IMG/VR virus record: IMGVR_UViG_3300042307_000508
Span: 1 to 25,387 of that record
Length of the DNA: 25,387 bases
Direction: 5' to 3' (one strand)
Source of the DNA: a virus
Lineage: Duplodnaviria; Caudoviricetes
Shown: piece by piece, positions 17,483-25,029 of the stretch
Position numbering within the stretch: position 1 is the stretch's first letter
How the letters are laid out: each line of letters starts with the position of its first letter
The notes under the pieces: model-generated
What the model was told of the DNA's origin: nothing
The model's database searches: none
What the model saw: the letters and a program-made list of their open reading frames with translations, nothing else
Program-made: the position numbers and the translations under genes

Positions 17483-18149
17483 GGAGTCGGCGCAGGAAGG
17501 CTTCACCTGTTTCCTTGTTGTTGAATCTGTCGAGGAGGGTAGTTCCATTGTAGTTGGTTGTGATGATTGTGGGTCGGAGATTGCTGGTGCGTTCGTCTAG
17601 GATAGCGAACAGGTCTGCCTCAAGTCTGGGAGTCAGTCGTTCCTTCCCTAGATCGTCGAACGCCAGGAGAGGAACGGTGCAGAAGAAGTCGAGTACCTTG
17701 CCGTGCTTGTGGTCTTCAAAGCCCTTCTCGATGGAGGCTTCCAGTTTCCGCATAGGCAACCATACTGCCCGTGCCGGGTAATCGTGCAACCACAGGCGAT
17801 TGAAGATGAGCCACGCAGACCTTGTCTTACCCGTCCCAGTTGTCCCGTGGAGCAGGAGACTAGCCTTGGTGGACGGTGACCATCCCGATGCCGTCTGAAG
17901 GCTCTGAGGGAGCAGGGCGAGGTCTGTATCGAGGAACGCCTTGGGATAGTCTGGGTGATGGTGGATGAACTTGTAGCCCTTGCCAGCGAACATCTCCGTG
18001 TAACTGAAGGGGTGTGTGAAGTGGGAAGTCTTCCCGCTGACAGCGCAAGGCTCACAGGTGTAGAAGTTCAGCAGCTGATTCTTGTTCGTGTCCAGCACAG
18101 GGGTCACCGGCCCTTTGCATCCACGGCAGTATGGTCGTTCAGAATCCAT
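17454..18149 (-). CDS. DnaC/IstB-like AAA+ ATPase (helicase loader)
   Basis: Walker A GTTGTGKT, Walker B LLAFDDLGKE, PTIITTN; N-terminal CxxC...CxxC; directly downstream of the initiator. Confidence 0.9.
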   Translation of the reverse strand: MDSERPYCRGCKGPVTPVLDTNKNQLLNFYTCEPCAVSGKTSHFTHPFSYTEMFAGKGYKFIHHHPDYPKAFLDTDLALLPQSLQTASGWSPSTKASLLLHGTTGTGKTRSAWLIFNRLWLHDYPARAVWLPMRKLEASIEKGFEDHKHGKVLDFFCTVPLLAFDDLGKERLTPRLEADLFAILDERTSNLRPTIITTNYNGTTLLDRFNNKETGEAFLRRLREYYHPVHS

Positions 18150-18786
18150 TAGCGTGGTCGTCCTTGGTTAAGATTTTAGAAAAAGATTTACTGTTGTACC
18201 CAGACTTCTTCTCCGGGAATAGACCCTGCCAGTCGTTGGAGATAGATCGGTTAATGCACTCGATGGCTTCAGCCTCAGTCATCGCTCCTAGCATAACGAG
18301 CTGCTTCTGCTGGGCTAGGTCAGACAAAGCCTTCTTGGACGAACGTCTGTACTTCACCCACTCATCCCAAACTCTCCTAAACATAGGACTGTGAGGAAGG
18401 GGTAAGGGGTTATTATTATCTTCTGTGTTATCCTCTGTACTATATGTATGAAGTCTATTTCGTGGGGGGGGTGAAATAGGTTTCGTGGGGGGTACGAAAT
18501 TGGCTGCATCCCCCTTGAGGGCTACGAGAGCCTGTTTCTCTACCGTCCGCAGGATGCGTTTACCGTCCAGGTCAAGGCGTACCACAAGGCCGGTATCGAT
18601 GAGGGTCTTAATGAGGTTCTGGACTTGTCTGGGAGTCAGCGCCAAGTTCGTGGCGATCCACCCATTGGACGCATAGCATCCCTCGTTGCCATCCAAGGCA
18701 TCAATCAGTCCGTAGAGGACACGGGCAGACAAAGGAATGTCCACCCGTTCCAGTACAGCCTTGGGAATCCAAGTGCCGTGTGTCAT
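18139..18786 (-). CDS. Phage replication initiator (N-terminal winged HTH)
   Basis: ARVLYGLI...GCYASNGWIATNL...VQNLIKTLIDTGLV HTH, low-complexity linker, C-terminal WDEWVKYR...SISNDWQGLF; paired with a DnaC-like gene. Confidence 0.8.
   Translation of the reverse strand: MTHGTWIPKAVLERVDIPLSARVLYGLIDALDGNEGCYASNGWIATNLALTPRQVQNLIKTLIDTGLVVRLDLDGKRILRTVEKQALVALKGDAANFVPPTKPISPPPRNRLHTYSTEDNTEDNNNPLPLPHSPMFRRVWDEWVKYRRSSKKALSDLAQQKQLVMLGAMTEAEAIECINRSISNDWQGLFPEKKSGYNSKSFSKILTKDDHANGF
18410..18500. other. Candidate replication origin within the initiator gene
   Basis: Two 20-bp units TTTCGT-G6/8-..GAAAT at 18458-18477 and 18481-18500 beside an AT-rich stretch (~18410-18460). Confidence 0.55.
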
Positions 18787-18791
18787 ATACT

Positions 18792-19595
18792 TTAGACCGT
18801 ATCGCCTAGGGTAAGAGTCAACGGCTTGCCGAAGTTGAAGCCTGGGAACACATCGGACTCATAGCAGTCGTTGTAGATGCGGTAGTATTCGTCCAGACGC
18901 AGTTCAGCGTGAGCAAGCCAGCCTTCGTCTAGGACAACCTTGCAAGCGTCGTGAGCAGCCGTTTCTGTTTCAACAAAGTACAGTGCCATCTCTGCCGGAG
19001 AACGGTTGAGGGCGATCTGAAGACAGCGACGATAGTGAGCGAGTTGAATGTCGTAACCCCGGTCACGGATATCCCAGAACAGGGACTTCTTCGTGAGAGC
19101 CTTGCCGTAGGTCTTGATGTCACCGATGTACAAGTCCTCGCCATCGTTGGCTAGGATATCGATACGCGCCTTCATCGGGAAACCATACTTGGGATGCTTG
19201 ACGAAGATAGTAACCTCCGTGTCAATCTTACCACGCTTATGCAGCTCGGCATAGTATGGATAGTTAGCAAGAGAGTTTGCCGTTGCCTTGCCCTGCTCCA
19301 TAGAGGACGGGGACAGGAGGATGCCGTCTGGGTGTTCGGTGCGCCAAGTAGCACGGGCAGTCTTGCTACCTTCACCCGTAGTCGGGAGACAGGCGAAGTT
19401 GTCTAACGTGCCACGGTCAATCAACAGTGCGTGGACGTAGTTGCCTAGGTCGGTTGCAGCTGAAGACTCAAACGTGTCGGTCTTGGCGTACAGAGGAGAG
19501 ACAGCAAACTTCTTGAGGAAGGATGCGTTAACTCCGGGGTTCTTTTTGTAATCTGCGAAGGACAGATCGTGGATGATGTCGGATGGATTGCTCAT
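18792..19595 (-). CDS. PD-(D/E)xK exonuclease, RecE/ExoVIII-like
   Basis: NASFLK, GNYVHALL, KARIDIL, GDIKT and GYDIQLAHY motifs. Confidence 0.85.
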   Translation of the reverse strand: MSNPSDIIHDLSFADYKKNPGVNASFLKKFAVSPLYAKTDTFESSAATDLGNYVHALLIDRGTLDNFACLPTTGEGSKTARATWRTEHPDGILLSPSSMEQGKATANSLANYPYYAELHKRGKIDTEVTIFVKHPKYGFPMKARIDILANDGEDLYIGDIKTYGKALTKKSLFWDIRDRGYDIQLAHYRRCLQIALNRSPAEMALYFVETETAAHDACKVVLDEGWLAHAELRLDEYYRIYNDCYESDVFPGFNFGKPLTLTLGDTV

Positions 19596-19612
19596 AGGTG
19601 AGGAAAGGGGTG

Positions 19613-20053
19613 TTACTCTTGGTAGGGGGCAATGTCAACAACAACCATAGGGAGTTCTCCGTGACCCTTGCGGAGTATCAGTTCAACGATAAGCCCGTCG
19701 TCGGTCAGCCAGCCAGAGTCAACAAGGCAATCCAGTACAGACTTGGCTAAATTATCCAGGTCGGGACGGGTGGACTTTGCTACCACATCAGCCCCGGTCT
19801 TGTCGGCAGTCTTCTTGCTCTCCTTGGTGTGCGGGTAAACGAACACTATACCCACTTGGCAAGGCTCGTCAAGGGGGGTGACCTTGGCTTCCTGCGCCAG
19901 CGTCTTCATCATACTGGTAGCCTGGACACTCCACTTCTTTGCAGAGGACTTAGCCATTTTGCCTACGAACATCTGTCCTGTCTTCTTGTTCTTGAGGATA
20001 CGCAGAGCTGCTTGGTGCGTGGGTGGTGGTTCGATCTGGATGTGGAACAACAT
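19613..20053 (-). CDS. rusA: RusA-family Holliday junction resolvase
   Basis: RPDLDNLAKSVLDCL...WLTDDGLIVEL matches the RusA DxDN..K..D...DD signature. Confidence 0.9.
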   Translation of the reverse strand: MLFHIQIEPPPTHQAALRILKNKKTGQMFVGKMAKSSAKKWSVQATSMMKTLAQEAKVTPLDEPCQVGIVFVYPHTKESKKTADKTGADVVAKSTRPDLDNLAKSVLDCLVDSGWLTDDGLIVELILRKGHGELPMVVVDIAPYQE

Positions 20054-20059
20054 AGTTTA

Positions 20060-20088
20060 CGGTTACCTTCCTTGATTAACTAGGTCAA
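20060..20088 (-). promoter_or_regulatory. Candidate leftward promoter TTGACC-N17-TAACCG
   Basis: At the divergence point; geometry puts +1 at the rusA ATG (20053), i.e. leaderless; -10 is weak. Confidence 0.3.
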
Positions 20089-20105
20089 CTGTGTATATTG
20101 ACTTA

Positions 20106-20582
20106 ATGGATACAGACCCAAAGTTTCAGCGATTGGATGGCACAGACCCGGAGGCCGGCAAGAAGTTACCCAAGCATACTGTCAAGCGTATCGAGCAACT
20201 GCTGAAGCAAGGCACAGCCCCATCTGACACAGCCAAGATGACCGCAGTCGAGCCACGGATCGTCGGAGAAATCCGTAACAACTTACAGGATACAGGACAA
20301 CTCGACATCCTGGCGTTCAAGCGCAAGACCGCACACCGCCTTGCATCGTTTGTAGACAAGGCAACTGAACGACTAGAGGCAGAGGTAGATGGCATCCCTC
20401 TTGGGCAACTGATGCTTTCAGCTGCCATTGCCATCGATAAGTTGGACAAGTTGGTTGACCCGACACCCACCGTTAACATTAAAGCCGAGTTGCGTATCTC
20501 TGCGGATGACATCAATAAGTTGTTGGATACCAGGAGTTTAATCATTGATGCCGAGACAATCGACCCGCCTAAGTCGGAATAA
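20106..20582 (+). CDS. HTH protein, possible terminase small subunit
   Basis: N-terminal HTH (IEQLLKQGTAPSDTAKMTAVEPRIVGEIR), helical hairpin ending AIAIDKLDKL..PT and beta-like tail; start set at ATG 20106 (track start GTG 20091). No large terminase adjacent. Confidence 0.45.
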   Translation: MDTDPKFQRLDGTDPEAGKKLPKHTVKRIEQLLKQGTAPSDTAKMTAVEPRIVGEIRNNLQDTGQLDILAFKRKTAHRLASFVDKATERLEAEVDGIPLGQLMLSAAIAIDKLDKLVDPTPTVNIKAELRISADDINKLLDTRSLIIDAETIDPPKSE

Positions 20583-20649
20583 AATCACAAAAGAGTTATT
20601 TAGGCGTTGACTGAAGGAAGGGGCTTTGCCATCACTGGCAGTCCTTCCT

Positions 20650-20985
20650 ATGAGCAATCAACCTAATCCACATTACATCTGTGTGTTAAACATTCGGGCT
20701 ATCCCTGTTCCGAACTGCCACAGTCAAATCGTATGCATTCACAAAGACCCGACTGATTTCATTGGTCGCATCAACGAGAAGGCTAGTCAGTTCCCAGAGT
20801 TCATCGCTCACGAATGGTTCGTGCGCCCGGTGCGTGTCTATCGCTACGATAGTGAGAACACTCTGCTTGCCGATCTCGACTCTGGCTATAACTACCCGCT
20901 GGCTTACACAGACGAGTTTGGTGTTGTTGTCTTTAACAAGAAGCACCCTCTCTACGCTCAATACATTCTCCCTCAAACTAAATAA
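20650..20985 (+). CDS. Hypothetical protein
   Basis: ATG 20650 (MSNQPNPHY); fits + strand packing. Confidence 0.65.
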   Translation: MSNQPNPHYICVLNIRAIPVPNCHSQIVCIHKDPTDFIGRINEKASQFPEFIAHEWFVRPVRVYRYDSENTLLADLDSGYNYPLAYTDEFGVVVFNKKHPLYAQYILPQTK

Positions 20986-20988
20986 CAT

Positions 20989-21363
20989 ATGACTCAAGAA
21001 ACCCAAACCAAGCAGAAGCCTCAGTCCATCGTAGAGATGGTTGAGTTCTTCGACCTCAACAAGCGTCCGGCTCAACGCCTCCACGACGCAGTCACCGACG
21101 ATGTAGTCAAGGCTCTGACCTGGACGACCCTGCGTTCGCTGGCATTCGCCTGTCGTGACCCGAAGACCAGTGCCAAGGGTATCACCCTGTCCCAGAAGGT
21201 TATGATGTACCGCAAGTACGACAAACTCTGGGAGTCCATCGCTGAAGCCGTCAAGGTCTACGGCGCTAACATCAACAACGTGAAGTGCGAACCAGAGATT
21301 GGCGAGGACGTAGCTGCTTTCCGCACTCGCTTCCTTCAGTCCGTTCTGGGTCTGACCAAGTGA
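20989..21363 (+). CDS. Hypothetical protein
   Basis: 124-aa ORF with strong C-ending codon bias. Confidence 0.75.
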   Translation: MTQETQTKQKPQSIVEMVEFFDLNKRPAQRLHDAVTDDVVKALTWTTLRSLAFACRDPKTSAKGITLSQKVMMYRKYDKLWESIAEAVKVYGANINNVKCEPEIGEDVAAFRTRFLQSVLGLTK

Positions 21364-21593
21364 GTAACGAGGAACACCTTAATTCCTTACACGCACAAAA
21401 CGAAGAACTCGAAATGGAAATCCAAATCCAATGCGAGGAGAAAGAAATCCTCCAGAAGCATATCGAATCTATGAAGAAAATCCTCAACCAGTTTGAGACG
21501 ATCTGTTCGGGTCGTGCCTCTGACCCGATGGTCGCTACCATCAAGAAGTGGCGCACCCTCAAGAAGAAAATCGAAAAGGAGAACATCGTCTGA
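21360..21593 (+). CDS. Small coiled-coil protein
   Basis: GTG start overlapping upstream TGA; heptad pattern; stop overlaps the MTase ATG (TGATG). Confidence 0.65.
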   Translation: MSNEEHLNSLHAQNEELEMEIQIQCEEKEILQKHIESMKKILNQFETICSGRASDPMVATIKKWRTLKKKIEKENIV

Positions 21594-23200
21594 TGCGATA
21601 CCTTTCAGTATGCTCCGGGATTGAAGCTGCATCTGTAGCCTGGGAGTCCCTTGGTTGGACTCCAGTCGGGTTCGCAGAAATCGAGCCATTTCCTAGTGAA
21701 GTGCTGAAGACGCGCTACCCAAACGTACCCAATTATGGAAACCTCGAAAACTACAAAGACTGGCCCATCGAACCAGGAACAGTTGATGTTCTGGTCGGTG
21801 GCCCCCCCTGCCAAGCCTTCTCAGTTGCCGGTATGCGAGAAGGAATGGATGACCCACGTGGTAACTTATCCCTCATCTATTTCGGACTTGTTAAACGACT
21901 TAAGCCAAAGTGGATTGTGTACGAAAATGTCCCAGGACTCCTGTCATCGAAGTCTGGATCAGACTTTTCGGCCCTCCTCACAGCGTTGGCTGACTGCGGC
22001 TATGGGTTCTGCTACCGAGTGCTCGACGCACAGTTCTACGGCCTTCCCCAGCGGAGGCGCAGAATTTTCCTCATTGGGTGCAGTTCTGGAGACTGGCGAC
22101 ATTCCGCAGCGGTATTATTTGACGGCCCGGGCAGCTTCGGGGGTTCTACGACGAAGCCTACTTCGTGGAAAGGAACTCCCCCCCCTTCTTTTACAGGCGT
22201 TGATGGCTCAAGCAGGATTAACTGCCGACCAGATGGAATCTCTGGTACGGTCACCAGAAAATGGCATAAAGGAACTGGAGGCCCAGCAGGAGATGAACAT
22301 TATAACCTCCTCGCAACAGGACCTGGAGATGGAGCAGGAGACAACGGAGGAGATGTCGGAGGAGTAGACCCTCGCCCTATAGTCCTAGATCGTGCGGCCT
22401 ACTCGCAGGGAGTGAATGCAAAGTTCGACCCACTCATCCAGCATTCGGATTCTGTTCCTGCGCTGGTAGCCCGTGGCCCTCATGCGGTACAACCACCCAT
22501 TGCCTTTAAAGTACGATGCGGTGGCGAGTACTCTGGCACAAAGGGTGGAGAGGTGAAGCCGACTGAACGAGGTGGTACTGGTATGCTCCACTATGAAGAC
22601 AAGACCTTCACGGTAGCTGCCACGCAAGACCAGTTCGTTGCCACACCTCAACAGGTAGTGTACGAGAACCATCCTAACGACAGCCGTGTCACTGGCCCAC
22701 ATGATGTAGCACCTACTGTTGCTGCACGATTTGGTACAGGCGGTGGCAATGTGCCGTTCGTACAATCTATCCAAGGGGTTGACCTGTACAACCAAGCACT
22801 GACTGGGGATATCCACTGCCCTCTCCGTACTGCCGGTGGTCATGGTGCGCCAGCAGTGATGCAGGAATGTATCTCCTTCCAGCCTGGCAACCTTCGTAGG
22901 GATGCCGGTGCTGAACCTAATGCTGAGACTACCACCACACTGAAGGCTTCTATGGGTGACCAGATTCCACACATCGCTACACCTATGGCGGTACGTCGCT
23001 TGCTTCCTTCCGAGTGTGAAGCCTTGCAAGGGTTTCCAAAGGGATGGACTGACATTACTTGGAACGGTAAGCCCGCGCCAGATGGTCATAGGTACAAGGC
23101 CATCGGCAATAGCATGGCTACGAACTGTATGCACTGGATCGGTAGACGCATCCAAATGGTGGATGACTTGGTTACCGAGTTGAACAATAAGCAGGGGTAG
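21593..23200 (+). CDS. C5-cytosine DNA methyltransferase (orphan, long variable region)
   Basis: Motif I SVCSGIEA, IV GGPPCQAFS, VI ENVPG, VIII QRRRRIF, IX RRLLPSECEALQGFP, X YKAIGNS; start at ATG 21593. Confidence 0.95.
   Translation: MRYLSVCSGIEAASVAWESLGWTPVGFAEIEPFPSEVLKTRYPNVPNYGNLENYKDWPIEPGTVDVLVGGPPCQAFSVAGMREGMDDPRGNLSLIYFGLVKRLKPKWIVYENVPGLLSSKSGSDFSALLTALADCGYGFCYRVLDAQFYGLPQRRRRIFLIGCSSGDWRHSAAVLFDGPGSFGGSTTKPTSWKGTPPPSFTGVDGSSRINCRPDGISGTVTRKWHKGTGGPAGDEHYNLLATGPGDGAGDNGGDVGGVDPRPIVLDRAAYSQGVNAKFDPLIQHSDSVPALVARGPHAVQPPIAFKVRCGGEYSGTKGGEVKPTERGGTGMLHYEDKTFTVAATQDQFVATPQQVVYENHPNDSRVTGPHDVAPTVAARFGTGGGNVPFVQSIQGVDLYNQALTGDIHCPLRTAGGHGAPAVMQECISFQPGNLRRDAGAEPNAETTTTLKASMGDQIPHIATPMAVRRLLPSECEALQGFPKGWTDITWNGKPAPDGHRYKAIGNSMATNCMHWIGRRIQMVDDLVTELNNKQG
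21735..22367 (+). CDS. Nested +1-frame ORF, candidate MTase beta-like polypeptide
   Basis: 210 codons open inside the MTase gene; contains SSLGAVLETGDIPQRYYLTARAASGVLRR...GKELPPLLLQAL, a protein-like segment resembling the L.dILE...kYYLs element of C5 MTases; real start uncertain. Confidence 0.6.
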   Translation: METSKTTKTGPSNQEQLMFWSVAPPAKPSQLPVCEKEWMTHVVTYPSSISDLLNDLSQSGLCTKMSQDSCHRSLDQTFRPSSQRWLTAAMGSATECSTHSSTAFPSGGAEFSSLGAVLETGDIPQRYYLTARAASGVLRRSLLRGKELPPLLLQALMAQAGLTADQMESLVRSPENGIKELEAQQEMNIITSSQQDLEMEQETTEEMSEE

Positions 23201-23213
23201 GTAGGTATGTGGT

Positions 23214-23495
23214 ATGTCGTTTATCCGCATCGAGCCACGAAAAGATTTTGATAAAGCAATTCACAAACAAAACCGTGAAGGGTACATCACATACGATTAC
23301 TGGAAACTGGTTGAGGTATGTATGCGGCTACACAAAGAACCTATGGAAGATGCAATCGAATGGGTAGAGTACAACATCCTAGGATTGAACGACAGCGTAG
23401 AGACATACTTCGGGGTACACTACCCAAGGGTACGCACAAAGGTACGCAAGGTAGGCAAAGGGGTAGGCAAGGTACGCAAAGCCCGGCGGCGGTAG
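23214..23495 (+). CDS. Phage hypothetical protein with basic tail
   Basis: FDKAI...TYDYWKLV...DAIEWVEYNILG core; basic tail encoded by the GGTAnG repeats. Confidence 0.65.
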   Translation: MSFIRIEPRKDFDKAIHKQNREGYITYDYWKLVEVCMRLHKEPMEDAIEWVEYNILGLNDSVETYFGVHYPRVRTKVRKVGKGVGKVRKARRR

Positions 23496-23537
23496 GTAGG
23501 CGGGTAGGTAGGCTTAAGGTATGCCTAGGTAGGTACG
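23429..23537 (+). repeat. Array of 12 co-oriented GGTAnG hexamers
   Basis: Copies at 23429, 23441, 23450, 23462, 23471, 23491, 23495, 23503, 23507, 23518, 23528, 23532; four more at 23196-23216. Confidence 0.85.
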
Positions 23538-23620
23538 CATACATACGCCCACATGACGTGTGTGCGCTCGCACTGTGTGGAGCTGCCGTCCGCAACCCTG
23601 GGCCTCCAGGCTCCAGGCTC

Positions 23621-23764
23621 ATGTCCTATGACTACGATCTGCTAGTGGACGTACTGCACAGGCACACCGGCAGACCGCGCCATGTAGTGATAGACTGGGT
23701 ACAGGAGAAGGTAATACCCCTAGCTGCCAGGCCAAACCCTACCCTTAAAATAATCTATAAATGA
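23621..23764 (+). CDS. Possible small hypothetical protein (47 aa)
   Basis: ATG 23621 (MSYDYDLLVDVLHRH) gives the protein-like 3' part of the 23318-23764 frame. Confidence 0.4.
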   Translation: MSYDYDLLVDVLHRHTGRPRHVVIDWVQEKVIPLAARPNPTLKIIYK

Positions 23765-23806
23765 GTTAACTCTTGGGTTGACATAGTAAACAATAGGGGT
23801 TTGTGT
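23763..23806 (+). promoter_or_regulatory. Candidate promoter with perfect TTGACA and upstream palindrome
   Basis: TTGACA at 23778-23783 preceded by palindrome GAGTTAACTC (23763-23772) and an AT-rich tract; the -10 position (TTGTGT) is a poor match. Confidence 0.35.
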
Positions 23807-23828
23807 GTGTGTCCTTACCTATACACAC

Positions 23829-24599
23829 ATGATTACTACATTCGCAGAAATGAAACAGTTGGAACTGACTCCGGGCCAATCCCTGGCACTGGAGCAAATC
23901 CGAAACCTGGAGGCACAGGTTACCACGATCAAGAAAGAAACTTCTGCTATCTACGCAGACAAAGCTGCCCGTACTTCTACGCGCCTAAAGAAAAGTGAAA
24001 GCGAACGGGTTGCCTTCCTTAATGGGCAGTTGGAAATTGTCAGTGCAAACTTGGACGCACTGTCTAAACACTACGCAGACTCTATTAAAGACGATCTGCG
24101 TCGGCACATCATGGATAACTACACTATCCCAGTTCTCAAGTCTGCCGGTCTGCTTCATCACTTGGACCTGGATAATCGTAACAAGAATGAATCCCTACAT
24201 AGTGACAGTTACTATTCTCTATCCCTTGCATCAGCACACTGCCGAGTGCGCTTCTCACTGGGCACTTATGGTGAGCTGCGTGATGTAGAGTTTAACACTG
24301 AGGAAAACCCAGAAACTGGAGGCCGGTCCTGGTACTCCATTGTACGCACATGGAGGGCTAAAGAATTAAACGCAGTATTTCTTGGACAGTACAATATCAG
24401 TGTATCTTCCATGCATATCTCACCCGGTGACGATGGACATAAGATTGCAAACCTACTGGGCAAGGTAGTTAATATTTGCGATTGTTTTAATAATGCCGTG
24501 CCTACTGCCACTGGTATTTCCTACATCACACACCGGCTATCCAGTGATGAACTGGAGCGGATTAAAACTTCATATGCTATACGCGCCACTGCCGAATAA
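23829..24599 (+). CDS. Hypothetical protein, N-terminal coiled coil (putative early gene)
   Basis: Start moved to ATG 23829 (MITTFAEMK) after an ACACAC leader. Confidence 0.75.
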   Translation: MITTFAEMKQLELTPGQSLALEQIRNLEAQVTTIKKETSAIYADKAARTSTRLKKSESERVAFLNGQLEIVSANLDALSKHYADSIKDDLRRHIMDNYTIPVLKSAGLLHHLDLDNRNKNESLHSDSYYSLSLASAHCRVRFSLGTYGELRDVEFNTEENPETGGRSWYSIVRTWRAKELNAVFLGQYNISVSSMHISPGDDGHKIANLLGKVVNICDCFNNAVPTATGISYITHRLSSDELERIKTSYAIRATAE

Positions 24600-24617
24600 T
24601 TTCTATCCCACACACAC

Positions 24618-25025
24618 ATGAGCAAACTAGATAAACTAATGGCCCGGGCTTTGGGATTCGCTTACGACCTGGGCGAAAAGACTGGTGAGAACCATGCCAA
24701 CTGGCAGGAGCAATACCTATTCGGGGGAAGGCACACTGGTAACCAGCGTAAAGCTGCATACGCAGTTCTGAACGCACTGGAAACTGGTGATGACAATGGA
24801 CTGTATGACGGGTTGCCAGACTTGTCTGGTGAATGGGCAGACGGCCCTACTCCACAGTCCGTACTGTCAGACGTACTTCATGCGCTTGATGTGAAGCCTG
24901 GAACTAAACAGGCAGACTATGTAGAAGAGTTTCTAGACGATCTCTGTAATGAATGGCAACTGGGTGTGCAGTCTGGATTTGAATCCGAGCTGCACCGGCT
25001 TGCAACTGAGGCAGTAAAAGAATAA
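24618..25025 (+). CDS. Acidic hypothetical protein (putative early gene)
   Basis: 135 aa, Asp/Glu-rich, PDLSGEWADGPTP segment; CACACACAC leader. Confidence 0.75.
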   Translation: MSKLDKLMARALGFAYDLGEKTGENHANWQEQYLFGGRHTGNQRKAAYAVLNALETGDDNGLYDGLPDLSGEWADGPTPQSVLSDVLHALDVKPGTKQADYVEEFLDDLCNEWQLGVQSGFESELHRLATEAVKE

Positions 25026-25029
25026 TCAC

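Noticed and set aside
20098-20126. TTGACT as a rightward promoter for the 20106 gene
   Set aside because: It lies 2 nt before the likely ATG, so it cannot drive that gene; no good -10 follows.
21548-21592. Upstream GTG start of the MTase
   Set aside because: Motif I follows ATG 21593 directly and that ATG overlaps the previous stop.
22385-23230. 281-aa minus-strand ORF over the MTase
   Set aside because: Antisense shadow with no protein-like motif, unlike the same-strand nested ORF.
23429-23537. CRISPR-like array
   Set aside because: Units are 6-9 bp with no unique 25-45-bp spacers and no cas genes.
23318-23620. 5' extension of the 148-aa ORF 23318-23764
   Set aside because: Overlaps 23214-23495 and translates the repeat array into low-complexity sequence; only the part from ATG 23621 is kept.
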